The position numbers and the translations under genes were made by a program. Under the pieces are notes generated by a model. It had not been told where the DNA came from and searched no databases. It was given only the letters and a program-made list of their open reading frames with translations. Below are positions 20,655 to 31,514 of a stretch of 64,000 bases of DNA, one piece after another. Source of the stretch: Thermoanaerobaculia bacterium (GTDB taxonomy: Bacteria; Acidobacteriota; Thermoanaerobaculia; Gp7-AA8); the NCBI GenBank assembly GCA_041671505.1, contig JBAZBK010000010.1:46838-110837 (forward strand), read 5' to 3'. The first letter of the stretch is position 1. Each line of letters opens with the position of its first letter.

Positions 20655-21686
20655 TCAGAACTGGCGTAATACGCGCAGGTCGTTCTCGAAGAGCGTCCGG
20701 ATGTTAGGCATCCCGAACTTGATCATCGCCACGCGGTCGATGCCGAGCCCGAACGCGAAGCCGCTCCATTCGTTCGGATCGATGTCGCAGTTCCGGAGCA
20801 CCTGTGGGTGGATCATCCCGCAGCCGAGAATCTCCATCCATCCCGTCTTCGAGCAGGTGCCGCAGCCCGCGCCGCGACAGAAGGGACACGAGATGTCGAC
20901 CTCCGCCGAAGGCTCGGTGAAAGGAAAGTAACTCGGCCGGAACCTGATCTCCGTATCGGGGCTGAAGACGCGCCGCATGAAGTGCTCGAGCGTCCCGCGG
21001 AGATGTCCGAAGTGGACGCCTCGGTCGACGAAGAAGCCTTCCACCTGGTGGAACATCGGCGAGCGCCGGAGCGTGATCTCGTCGCGCCGGTAGACGCGGC
21101 CGGCGGAGAGAACCTTGAAGGGAGGCTGTCCCTTTTCCATCGTCCTGATCTGGACGTTCGACGTGTGCGTCCGAAGCAGCAGCTCCGGCCCGAGGTAGAA
21201 GGTGTCCTGCGTGTCGCGGGCGGGATGGTCGGGGGTGAAGTTCAGCCCCTCGAAGTTGTACCAGTCGGTCTCGATCTCCGGTCCCGGATCGATCGAATAG
21301 GCCATCTCGCGGAAGATCTGCTCGATCTCGCGGCGGACGAGCGTGATCGGGTGAAGCGAGCCGAACGCCGGCTTCCTCCCGGGGAGCGTGACGTCGATCG
21401 ACGAGCGCGCCTGCTTGCGCGCAGCCTCTTCGACCGCCGACGCTTCGAGCTTCTCGCGAAGGCGTGACTCGAGCGAGTCGCGAAGGAGATTGAGCTGCTC
21501 GCCGACTTCCTTCTTCCTCTCGGCGGGGACCGACTTGAGCTCCGCGAAGAGCGCGGGGACGACGCCCCCCTTGCGGCCGAAGAAGCGCACGCGAAGAGCT
21601 TCGAGGTCGGCGTGGGACGTCGACGCGGCGAGCGCCTCGTCGAACTCGCGTTCGGTGGTGCGGATCGAGTCGAGCATGTCGGTCAA
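20655..21686 (-). CDS. pheS: Phenylalanine--tRNA ligase alpha subunit
   Basis: Class II aaRS motifs and the conserved C-terminus ...FGLGIDRVAMIKFGMPNIRTLFENDLRVLRQF. Confidence 0.9.
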   Translation of the reverse strand: MTDMLDSIRTTEREFDEALAASTSHADLEALRVRFFGRKGGVVPALFAELKSVPAERKKEVGEQLNLLRDSLESRLREKLEASAVEEAARKQARSSIDVTLPGRKPAFGSLHPITLVRREIEQIFREMAYSIDPGPEIETDWYNFEGLNFTPDHPARDTQDTFYLGPELLLRTHTSNVQIRTMEKGQPPFKVLSAGRVYRRDEITLRRSPMFHQVEGFFVDRGVHFGHLRGTLEHFMRRVFSPDTEIRFRPSYFPFTEPSAEVDISCPFCRGAGCGTCSKTGWMEILGCGMIHPQVLRNCDIDPNEWSGFAFGLGIDRVAMIKFGMPNIRTLFENDLRVLRQF

Positions 21687-21758
21687 AAGAATCCCCCGAA
21701 AAAAAAGACGCGGGCATTGTAGCCCGCGTCCTTCGAATGTCGAGATCGTTTGCGGCGC

Positions 21759-22112
21759 TTACGCGCGGGCGCGCTTGGCCGACTCGGCGAGCGCGGCAAA
21801 TGCCTTCGGATCGTTCACGGCGATGTCGGCGAGAACCTTGCGGTCGAGCGCCGAGCCTGCGGCCTTGAGGCCCGCGATGAACGTCGAGTACGACATGCCG
21901 TTGATGCGCGCGGCAGCGTTGATGCGGGTGATCCAGAGCTTGCGGAACTCCCCCTTGCGGTCCTTGCGGCCCGTGTAGGAGAAATTCAAGGCCTTGTCCA
22001 CCGCCTGCTTCGCGTGGCGGTAGTTCTTCGACCTCATTCCCCAGAAGCCCTTTGCGGCTTTCAGGAGCTTGACGCGCTTGTTCTTGCGCTTAAATCCGCG
22101 TTTTACTCTCAT
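21759..22112 (-). CDS. rplT: 50S ribosomal protein L20
   Basis: [38 protein letters not shown]... Confidence 0.9.
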   Translation of the reverse strand: MRVKRGFKRKNKRVKLLKAAKGFWGMRSKNYRHAKQAVDKALNFSYTGRKDRKGEFRKLWITRINAAARINGMSYSTFIAGLKAAGSALDRKVLADIAVNDPKAFAALAESAKRARA

Positions 22113-22217
22113 CTTCTCTCCTCGTTTCTGCCCTTAGGGCGATTAGGAGCGGCCAGGTCAGGAGGGGTGATCGATCACCCGGCGCGCTCTTGCGTCCCCG
22201 ATGCGGGGAAGCGGTGG

Positions 22218-22415
22218 TTACAGGTACGGAATCATGCGACGAACGGTCTTCTCGTTCGCCGGCGACACCTCGGCCTCACCAGCCAGGTGCGCTTTGCGCC
22301 CCGCCGACTTCTTCGTGAGGATATGCCCGTGGTACGCATGCGACCGGCGCAGCTTTCCCGATCCGGTCGTCTTGAAGCGCTTGGCAGCGCCACGATGAGT
22401 CTTCATCTTCGGCAT
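22218..22415 (-). CDS. rpmI: 50S ribosomal protein L35
   Basis: MPKMKTHRGAAKRFKTTGSGKLRR... Start taken at the internal ATG 22415 (65 aa) rather than the extended ORF start. Confidence 0.85.
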   Translation of the reverse strand: MPKMKTHRGAAKRFKTTGSGKLRRSHAYHGHILTKKSAGRKAHLAGEAEVSPANEKTVRRMIPYL

Positions 22416-22499
22416 GACTTTTTCCTTCCCGCCCGGGTACACGTCGACCGGGCGTTTACCGCCGCAACTTCAACGAGATGCGGCACCGATTATTCCCCG

Positions 22500-23060
22500 C
22501 TACTTCTGGCCCACGGGACCGATGATGATCGCCATCCGGTTTCCCTGGAGGGTCGGCATCCCTTCCGCCGCCCCTTTGTCCTTCACTTCCTTGAGGAGCC
22601 GGTCGAGCACCGCCCTGCCGAGCTCCTGGTGCGCCATTTCGCGCCCGCGGAACCGGACCGTTGCCTTGACCTTGTCCCCGTCCTCGAGGAAACGGAGAAC
22701 GTGGTTGCGCTTGAAGTTGAAGTCGTGCTCGTCGATGCGGGGGCGGAACTGCACCTCCTTGACGACGATCACCTTCTGCTTCTTCTTCGCTTCGTTCGCC
22801 TTCTTCTTCTGCTGGAACAGGTACTTCCCGTAGTCCATCACCTTGCAGACGGGCGGTTTGGCAGTCGGAGCGATCTCGACGAGGTCGAGCATCTTCTCCG
22901 CGGCCAGCGCGCGTGCGTCGGCGATGGTTACGACTCCGCGCTGCTCGCCGGCGTCATCGATGAGACGAACCTCGGTGGCGCGGATCTCGTCATTGATACG
23001 GGTGTCGTCGCCCGCTCTCTTCGGCGGCGCGAATCGGTCGAAACGTCGTGGCGGTCTGAT
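22500..23060 (-). CDS. infC: Translation initiation factor IF-3 (non-canonical AUC start)
   Basis: The annotated ORF begins MLDLVEIAP..., but the reading frame continues upstream as (I)RPPRRFDRFAPPKRAGDDTRINDEIRATEVRLIDDAGEQRGVVTIADARALAAEK. The frame is opened by TGA-CTG-ATC. ATC (rc at 23058-23060) lies 8 nt after an AGGAGG RBS. Confidence 0.8.
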   Translation of the reverse strand: MRPPRRFDRFAPPKRAGDDTRINDEIRATEVRLIDDAGEQRGVVTIADARALAAEKMLDLVEIAPTAKPPVCKVMDYGKYLFQQKKKANEAKKKQKVIVVKEVQFRPRIDEHDFNFKRNHVLRFLEDGDKVKATVRFRGREMAHQELGRAVLDRLLKEVKDKGAAEGMPTLQGNRMAIIIGPVGQK

Positions 23061-23189
23061 CAGTCAATCCTCCTGCTGCTTGCGGGCCCTTCCGGACCCC
23101 GAAACACGCGAGACAGACGCCTCGCGACAAAGACACTTCCGCTCATCGTACTCGTACGATCAGCGGCGCACAATCTAAGTGACCCGTCC

Positions 23190-25103
23190 TCACAATGTCA
23201 AGGAGCGGCGCCGCACCAGGTCGTTCGCCTCCGCGACGAGCTGGTCGATCGAAACCGCCCCGACGTCCCCCACCCCGCGCTTGCGCAGACTCACGGTGCC
23301 CGATTCCACTTCCTTCTCGCCCACGATCAACATGAATGGAACCTTTTCGAGCTGCGCCTGCCGGATCTTCGCCCCGAGCTTCTCGTTCGACTCGTCCGAC
23401 ACCACCCGCAGCCCCCGCGCCGCCAGCTCGGCAGTGACCTTGTGGGAGTAGTCGAGGAACTTCTCAGACACCGGAAGCACCTTCGCCTGCACCGGCGCAA
23501 GCCAGAGCGGGAAGGCCCCCGCGAAGTGCTCGATGATGATCCCGAAGAAGCGCTCGATCGACCCGAGGATCGCGCGGTGGATCATCACCGGCCTGTGCTC
23601 GGCGTTGTCGGCGCCGATGTAATTGAGATCGAACCGCTCCGGGAGGTTGTAATCGAGTTGAACGGTGCCGAGCTGCCAGGGGCGGCCAATCGCGTCGGTC
23701 ACCTGGAACTCGAGCTTCGGGCCGTAGAAGGCCCCCTCGCCCGGATTGATGTGATACGCGGTTCCGCGCGCCTTGAGCGCGCGCTCGAGCGCACCCTCGG
23801 CCTCGTCCCAGGTCTGGTCGCTACCGAGCCGCTTCTCGGGTCGAGTCGAGAGCGCGACGCGCACGTTCTCGAAGCCGAACACGCCGTACATCTCCTCGAT
23901 CAGCTTGATCTCGCGCTCCATCTCCTGGCCGAGCTGCTCCTGCATGACGAAGAGGTGCGCGTCGTCCTGAGCGAACGAGCGGACGCGCGCGAGCCCGTGG
24001 GTCACGCCCGAGCGCTCGTAGCGGTGCAGGCGCGCGAAGTCGGCGATGCGCAGCGGCAGGTCGCGGTACGACCGCCGCGCGTGCGCGAAGATCTGGGTGT
24101 GGCCGGGGCAGTTCATCGGCTTCACGCCGTACTCCCGCTCGTCGACCTCCGAGAAGAACATCGCGTCCTTGTAGTTCTCGTAGTGCCCCGAGATCTTGAA
24201 GAGCTCGGAGTCCCAGATGAGCGGGGTCACGACCTCGACGTATCCGTCGCGACGGTAGTACTCGCGGACGAAATCGATCAGCGCGTTGTAGATGATGGTG
24301 CCCTTGGGCAGGAAGATCGGCATCGCCGGAGCGAAGTGCGAGAACATCACCAGCTCGAGCTCCTTGCCGAGCTTGCGGTGGTCGCGCGCTTTCGCTTCCT
24401 CGATCCGCTTGATGTGCTCGTCGAGCTCCTTCTTGTCGGCCCACGCGGTGCCGTAGATCCGCTGTAGCATCGCGTTCTTCTCGTCGCCGCGCCAGTAGGC
24501 GCCGGCAACCGACAAAAGCTTGAACGCGCCGAGCTTGCCGGTCGACGGGACGTGCGGACCGCGGCAGAGATCCTTCCAGTCACCCTGGCCGTAGACCGAA
24601 AGCACCTCGTTCTCCGGGATCGCGCTGATGATCTCGACCTTGTACTTCTCTCCCATCCGCTCGAACTCTTTGATCGCGTCGTTGCGCGACAGCTCGGAGC
24701 GCTTCACCGGCAGATCGCGCTTGACGATCTCGTCCATCCGCTGCTCGATCGCGCGGAGGTCTTCGTCGCTGAAGGGGCGGTCGGTCGCGAAGTCGTAGAA
24801 GAAGCCGTTCTCGATCACCGGGCCGATGGTCACCTGGGTCCCGGGGAAGAGCTCCTGGACCGCCATCGCCATCAGGTGGGCGGTCGAGTGGCGGATGACG
24901 TCGCGGCCCGCTTCGCTCGCAGGAAGGACGATCTCGACCTTCGCGCCTTCGTGAACCTTCACGGAGAGGTCGACGATGCTGCCGTCGATCTTTCCAGCGA
25001 TCGCATCCTTCGCGAGCCGCCGGCCGATCGACGCTGCAACGTCGGCAACGCTCGCTCCCTCGGGGACTTCTCTCGACGAGCCGTCGGGCAGTATCACGTT
25101 CAT
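23190..25103 (-). CDS. thrS: Threonine--tRNA ligase
   Basis: TGS domain (MNVILPDGSSREV...), editing domain, and class II core with anticodon-binding domain. 637 aa. Confidence 0.9.
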   Translation of the reverse strand: MNVILPDGSSREVPEGASVADVAASIGRRLAKDAIAGKIDGSIVDLSVKVHEGAKVEIVLPASEAGRDVIRHSTAHLMAMAVQELFPGTQVTIGPVIENGFFYDFATDRPFSDEDLRAIEQRMDEIVKRDLPVKRSELSRNDAIKEFERMGEKYKVEIISAIPENEVLSVYGQGDWKDLCRGPHVPSTGKLGAFKLLSVAGAYWRGDEKNAMLQRIYGTAWADKKELDEHIKRIEEAKARDHRKLGKELELVMFSHFAPAMPIFLPKGTIIYNALIDFVREYYRRDGYVEVVTPLIWDSELFKISGHYENYKDAMFFSEVDEREYGVKPMNCPGHTQIFAHARRSYRDLPLRIADFARLHRYERSGVTHGLARVRSFAQDDAHLFVMQEQLGQEMEREIKLIEEMYGVFGFENVRVALSTRPEKRLGSDQTWDEAEGALERALKARGTAYHINPGEGAFYGPKLEFQVTDAIGRPWQLGTVQLDYNLPERFDLNYIGADNAEHRPVMIHRAILGSIERFFGIIIEHFAGAFPLWLAPVQAKVLPVSEKFLDYSHKVTAELAARGLRVVSDESNEKLGAKIRQAQLEKVPFMLIVGEKEVESGTVSLRKRGVGDVGAVSIDQLVAEANDLVRRRSLTL

Positions 25104-25152
25104 GGTCTCACTCCTCCGGGCTGCGGCCGCGAGGGCCGCGAAATCTGCTGCT

Positions 25153-25186
25153 GAAAAGAAAAAAGGACAGGGCGCCTGCCCTGTCC
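25153..25186 (-). terminator. Rho-independent terminator downstream of the tRNA-Val pair (minus strand)
   Basis: On the minus strand: GGACAGGGCaggcGCCCTGTCC followed by TTTTTTCTTTTC. Lies only about 50 nt upstream of the thrS start. Confidence 0.55.
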
Positions 25187-25309
25187 TCGCATCGTTCCTT
25201 CGATTGCTATCGACTACGCAGGACGGGGCCGTGACGACGTTCGCGTCGTCGTTCGCGTGGCCTGCGTCGTCGTTACGTTTCGCATCTTCGTTTCGATCAG
25301 AAGGTGGAA

Positions 25310-25386
<77 letters not shown>

Positions 25387-25407
25387 GTATTGTCAATCCA
25401 CGCTATT

Positions 25408-25484
25408 TGGTAGGCGCTATCGGACTCGAACCGATGACCTCTACCGTGTGAAGGTAGCGCTCTAACCAGCTGAGCTAAGCGCCT
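25408..25484 (-). tRNA. tRNA-Val (anticodon CAC)
   Basis: Near-identical scaffold to the adjacent tRNA. Acceptor stem AGGCGCT/AGCGCCT, anticodon loop TTCACAC, encoded CCA. Confidence 0.85.
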
Positions 25485-25582
25485 GCACTGCTGGAGCCCT
25501 CCGAAACTGAGCCTCCACCCTCGGTATTTCCGAGGGACGAGAAGCATAGGGAAGGCCGCGTGGGGAGTCAATAGGAGGATCG

Positions 25583-25696
25583 AAATGACAAATGAAGAAA
25601 TGACAAATGACAAGAGAGGAAGCGCGACCGCTGTCGGGACCCAGGGCCTGGTGGCGTTTTGTCATTTGTCATTTGTCATTTCTCATTTGTCATTCC
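25583..25696. repeat. Foldback hairpin with heptad-repeat arms (subtype A, AAATGAC/TGTCATT heptads)
   Basis: Left arm gaaatgacaaatgaagaaatgacaaatgacaa. Right arm ttgtcatttgtcatttgtcatttctcatttgtcatt (5 x TGTCATT). A ~45-nt loop contains ccagggcc. Lies between the tRNA-Val genes and lysS. Confidence 0.5.
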
Positions 25697-25772
25697 CCAG
25701 TCCTCCCCACCCCCTGGGCTACAATGCGCGCTTCCGGGGGCCCCGGAAAAATCAGGCAGCGGAGATCGCGAC

Positions 25773-27353
<1,581 letters not shown>

Positions 27354-27390
27354 GCCGAGCCGGCCCGCGCGTCGCGGGCCATGGAAACGC

Positions 27391-28581
27391 GTGAACTACG
27401 AGCTCGCAATCGCACTTCGCTACCTCTGGACCGCGCGGAAGCAGCTCCATACGGCGTTCCTGTCGATCATCAGCGCACTCGGGCTCGCGGTAGGAGTCGC
27501 GACCCTGCTGATCTCGCTCGCCCTGCTCTCGGGCCTCCAGGACCGGATCAAGGAGCGGCTGATCTCCTCGAGCCCGCACGTCCTCGTCGAGCCGGTTGGC
27601 GACTTCGCCATCGACGACCGGGAGAAGGCCGAGGCGGCCTGCGCGCGCGTCGCGCGTCGCGTCGACCCGTTCGTCTCGGGGCTCGCGTGGGTCTCGAATG
27701 CGCGGAGCGAGAGCGGCCGCCCGGCGCGGCTGCGCTCCATCGACCCGTCGGCCGTCGCCAGCGCCGAGGCGCTCACACCGCGCGCCGCGGGAGGGAGCGT
27801 CGCGTGGCTCACGCGCAGCGCGGCAGCGGCGCTCCGACTTCACGAAGGAGACTCGATCGTCGTCGTCGGCCCGCGCACGCGCCTGACGCCGTTCGGCCCC
27901 GCACCCGTCTTCCGGAGATTCACCGACGTGCGGATCATCGACGCGCTTCCCGACTACGACAGCGACGCCGAGGTGCTCCTCTCGTTCGACGACGCGGCGG
28001 CGATCTTCATGACGGCAGGACGTCCCACGTCGATCGCGCTCTGGGTCGACTCGGTCGAGCGCGTCGACGAGGTTCGCGCCGCGCTCGAGGCGGCGATCCC
28101 GAACGTGACCGTGAAGACCTGGAAGGAAATCAACCGGCCTCTCTTCCTAGCCCTGCGACTGGAGAAGGTCGTGATGTTCGCGACGATCTCGCTCATCGTC
28201 CTGGTCGCGGCGCTCAACCTGATCTGCTCGCTCGCGATGCTCGTCGTCGAAAAGCGGTCGCGGATCGGCATCCTCCGGACGTTAGGCGCGACCGCGTCGT
28301 CGGTCCGGCGCATCTTCCTTCTCGTCGGGCTGATGATCGGACTCTCCGGGACGATCGCGGGCAACCTCGCCGGACTCGGGATCTCGTGGGCCGCCGACCG
28401 CTGGCACCTCGTGCCGCTCCCCGGCGACGCCTTCGGCGCCTCGCACATCCCATTCGCGATCGAGATCAATGACGTCCTGATCGTCAACGCGATCGCCGTC
28501 GTCCTCTCGATCATCGCCGCCTGGTACCCCGCCTCGATCGCCGCGAAGCTCGATCCGATTACGGCGATTCGCGAGGAATGA
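27391..28581 (+). CDS. Lipoprotein-release/MacB-type ABC transporter permease (LolC/LolE/FtsX family)
   Basis: Four TM helices with a large periplasmic loop after TM1 and a C-terminal FtsX-like domain. No adjacent LolD-like ATPase. Confidence 0.75.
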   Translation: MNYELAIALRYLWTARKQLHTAFLSIISALGLAVGVATLLISLALLSGLQDRIKERLISSSPHVLVEPVGDFAIDDREKAEAACARVARRVDPFVSGLAWVSNARSESGRPARLRSIDPSAVASAEALTPRAAGGSVAWLTRSAAAALRLHEGDSIVVVGPRTRLTPFGPAPVFRRFTDVRIIDALPDYDSDAEVLLSFDDAAAIFMTAGRPTSIALWVDSVERVDEVRAALEAAIPNVTVKTWKEINRPLFLALRLEKVVMFATISLIVLVAALNLICSLAMLVVEKRSRIGILRTLGATASSVRRIFLLVGLMIGLSGTIAGNLAGLGISWAADRWHLVPLPGDAFGASHIPFAIEINDVLIVNAIAVVLSIIAAWYPASIAAKLDPITAIREE

Positions 28582-28630
28582 CGAGATTTCGGATCGCAAA
28601 GTCAGCGAGGCTCGCTGGCTCCTGCTCACG

Positions 28631-29752
28631 TCATGGCTGAAGCTCGAGCCACCTGAAACCGAGCGCGCCCTCGTGCAGGAGCACTGTAGCCTCGGGAGCT
28701 TTATCGCCGCCCCATCGCTTGCGTTGCGTCTCGTAGGTCGATCCGGGTATCTCGAAGCGCGACCAGCCGTCGAAGAGTCGGTGGTCGCTCTCGAAGGTGA
28801 CGCCGTACCTCCTCGGTCCGCGGCGCGACTTGGACGTGTACACCGATGCGTCCTTCACCACGACGGTCTCGGGCGGCGAGCTGTCCAAGTGGATGTTGTA
28901 CCCGCGCAGCAGGACGAAGGTGAGCAGCACGCATCCCGGCGCGGTCAGCAGAAGCCACTCCAACGCCCGGCGGTGGCGGGTGGACGGGCTCGAGCGAGGC
29001 CCGACCCAGAACAGAAAGAGGACGAAGGGCAGGACGCCGGCGAACGCGCTCAGATTGAACAGCGACCACGGATCGACCAGCGGCACGGTCGCGAGCAGCA
29101 TCACTCCCAGCGCGCCGATCGCACCCGCGAGGAACAGGCCTAACCCCATCTGTCGTGACTTTGCATACAGCTTGCGACGCTCTGCCGCCTCACCGGGCGC
29201 GGGTCGCAGCTCGCGCAACGCCTTGACCAGGGGCACGAACGCCTCTGCGCTGTCTCCGCGCAGCGACTCCAGGTTCGACACTCGCCAGGTCCGCAGGTGG
29301 AGCTGGAGATAGCCGGATCCGCAATCGACCGCGCTCACTCTCGCGCCTGCGGCTGCCACCTTCGCGAGGCCGTCAAGCAGCTGTTCGCGGAGCGCGTAGT
29401 TCGATCGCAACAATTGCGCAACGGCGCCGTCGTCGTCCTCAACGTAAAACGTGTTGTCGAACGTCACGTCGCCGACGAGGTGCTCCCGCGCCAGTTGCAG
29501 CCCTTTGCCGAGGGAGTCGAACCATCCCTCCGGGCGCAACACGAATGAAACTCTCGCCGGAACCTTGAAACTGATGACTACCTTGGGGACCTGCCCGAGC
29601 TTGTTCTTCTCTTCGGCATAGAAATAGTCCTCTCCCTCGAACACGAACTTCGTCCCCGCCCCTCCCGGCATCTTGAACCGGCGGCCATGCCAGATCACGG
29701 AAATGACAAGGCAGAGCTGGACGCTGAACAGCACCCACAGATACATCGCCAA
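28631..29752 (-). CDS. Hypothetical polytopic membrane protein
   Basis: 373 aa with several hydrophobic helices and no recognisable motif. Its start abuts foldback B. Confidence 0.45.
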   Translation of the reverse strand: MAMYLWVLFSVQLCLVISVIWHGRRFKMPGGAGTKFVFEGEDYFYAEEKNKLGQVPKVVISFKVPARVSFVLRPEGWFDSLGKGLQLAREHLVGDVTFDNTFYVEDDDGAVAQLLRSNYALREQLLDGLAKVAAAGARVSAVDCGSGYLQLHLRTWRVSNLESLRGDSAEAFVPLVKALRELRPAPGEAAERRKLYAKSRQMGLGLFLAGAIGALGVMLLATVPLVDPWSLFNLSAFAGVLPFVLFLFWVGPRSSPSTRHRRALEWLLLTAPGCVLLTFVLLRGYNIHLDSSPPETVVVKDASVYTSKSRRGPRRYGVTFESDHRLFDGWSRFEIPGSTYETQRKRWGGDKAPEATVLLHEGALGFRWLELQP

Positions 29753-29793
29753 TTTTCTCCCGTTGTGCCGGAAGTATACGGCGAGATCCGGAC

Positions 29794-29931
29794 GGATTTC
29801 GGATTTCGGATTTGAAAGGCAGCCCGGGTACCTTACTGGTGTGGGCGGAGAAAGCTCATCCGAAACTCAGAGATCGCGAAGCTGGCGAAGCAAATCCGAA
29901 TTCCGAATTCCGAATTCCGAAATCCGAAATC
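29794..29931. repeat. Foldback hairpin with heptad-repeat arms (subtype B, GGATTTC/GAAATCC heptads)
   Basis: Left arm ggatttcggatttcggatttg. Right arm caaatccgaattccgaattccgaattccgaaatccgaaatc. Loop about 80 nt. Confidence 0.5.
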
Positions 29932-29934
29932 ACC

Positions 29935-30400
29935 TCAAGCGACCGCTCCCCCGTGCTCGACCGCACACGTCATCACGATCGCGGCTTCGCCGTCGGGGTA
30001 GTAACGCGGGCGCCGGTAGCTCTCGGCGAAGCCTAACGAGCGGTAGAGGGCGCGCGCGCCTTCGTTCGACTCTCGGACTTCGAGCGAGATCGACGCCACT
30101 CCGTTGAGCCGCGCGAAGGCGAAGCATTCGTCCATGAGCAGCGCGGCGATCCCGCGCCGCCGCATCGACGGGTCGACCGCGATCTTGTTGACGTGCATCT
30201 CGTCGAGGAAGAACATCGAGAAGACGTACGCGGCGAGGCCGCCCGAGGGCGCCTCCACCACAAGGTTGAAGCGCCCGATCGCATCGATCTCGCTGACGAA
30301 GAACTCGCGCCGCCACGGCGCGGGAAACGAAGCCTGCTCGAGCGCGACGACCGCGTCGAGGTCGTCGCGCGTCGCGCCCCGGATCGTCAGTCCCTCAGCC
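29935..30400 (-). CDS. rimI: Ribosomal-protein-alanine N-acetyltransferase RimI (GNAT)
   Basis: GNAT motifs (...NKIAVDPSMRRRGIAALLMDECFAFARLNGVASISLEVRESNEGARALYRSLGF). The start is probably TTG overlapping the tsaB stop. The upstream part of the ORF in the track is out of frame with tsaB. Confidence 0.7.
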
Positions 30401-31009
30401 GTTCCGTGCAAGCAGACGCGCCTCCGCTTCGGCGAGCCGGACGTAGATCGGGGTCGTGTCACCGTAGGCCTCGAGCCGGCCCGCGGCCTCGACCTCCATC
30501 GCCCGCCGCGCCGCGAGCAGCGCCACGTTCCGATCCCACATCGCGTCGCGCGCGTCGACGACCAGGTCGAACTTCGCCCGCAGCGCGTCGACCTCCGCCG
30601 CCGAAGCGATCGCATGCGGCAGCGTCTCGTCCCCCGACGCGTATCCGGCAACGTAGAACTCGCCGCGCCCCGCGTCGTTGATGACGAGCACCGACCGGCC
30701 CGGAAAACCCGCGGCGATCGCCTCGTGCGTCGGCATCGCGCAGATCGGGATTCCGAGCGCGAGCGAAAGGCCTTCCGCTGAGGCGAGTCCGATCCGCACG
30801 CCGGTGAACGAGCCGGGACCGCGCGTCACCGCGATGAGCCTGAGGCTCGAGCGTTCCACCCCGCTCTCGCGGAGCAGCCACTCGATCGCCGGCAGGAGCT
30901 TCTCGTTGCGCGACTCGCGCCCCTCGAATGAGGTCGCCGCGACCGGCGACGTCGCGGAGACGAGCGCGGCCGAAAGAACCGGGAGCGATGCGTCGAACGA
31001 GAGAATCAT
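30395..31009 (-). CDS. tsaB: tRNA threonylcarbamoyladenosine biosynthesis protein TsaB (YeaZ)
   Basis: MILSFDASLPVLSAALVS... is the YeaZ/Kae1-like N-terminus. Canonical tsaB-rimI pairing. Confidence 0.8.
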   Translation of the reverse strand: MILSFDASLPVLSAALVSATSPVAATSFEGRESRNEKLLPAIEWLLRESGVERSSLRLIAVTRGPGSFTGVRIGLASAEGLSLALGIPICAMPTHEAIAAGFPGRSVLVINDAGRGEFYVAGYASGDETLPHAIASAAEVDALRAKFDLVVDARDAMWDRNVALLAARRAMEVEAAGRLEAYGDTTPIYVRLAEAEARLLARNG

Positions 31010-31443
31010 GATCGTGGGGGCGGAGGGATCTCGAGGTCGACCAGCTCGATGCCAAGCTCGGCCGCGACCCGCTTCGATCGCTCGTCACGGTAGAACTCGC
31101 CGTAGTAGATCGTCCTGATCCCGGTGTTCACGATCAGCTTGAAGCAGTTCCAGCAGGGAGATGCGGTCGTGTAGAGCTCGCTGTTCTCGAGGCTCACCCC
31201 GTTCTTCGCGGCCTGGATGATGGCGTTCGCCTCCGCGTGCACGGTGGCGACGCAGTGGCCGTCCTCCATCATGCATCCAGTATCTTCGCAGTGCGGCAGC
31301 CCGCGGATCGAGCCGTTGTAGCCGGTCGAGAGCACCGTCCTGTCGCGAACGATCACCGCGCCGACGTGCTTTCGCGGACAGGTCGCCCGCGTCGCCGCCT
31401 GGTGCGCCATTCCCATGAAGTACTCGTGCCAGCCAGCCCGCAT
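31006..31443 (-). CDS. dCMP/cytidine deaminase (ComEB-like zinc deaminase)
   Basis: HAEANAI...PCWNCFK zinc-binding motifs. 4-nt overlap with tsaB. Confidence 0.8.
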   Translation of the reverse strand: MRAGWHEYFMGMAHQAATRATCPRKHVGAVIVRDRTVLSTGYNGSIRGLPHCEDTGCMMEDGHCVATVHAEANAIIQAAKNGVSLENSELYTTASPCWNCFKLIVNTGIRTIYYGEFYRDERSKRVAAELGIELVDLEIPPPPRS

Positions 31444-31514
31444 CTCGCCTCCGAATTTAGTCAGCGGATTATAGGGCCAGTCGTGCCGGGAGCGCGCCCG
31501 GTGCGCTGCAACGG

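Noticed and set aside
20481-20931. ORFs 20481..20669 and 20497..20931
   Set aside because: They lie over the REP/BIME cluster and are antisense to the pheS 3' end.
21750-24467. 905-aa plus-strand ORF
   Set aside because: It spans rplT, rpmI, infC and thrS on the opposite strand. It is a high-GC antisense ORF.
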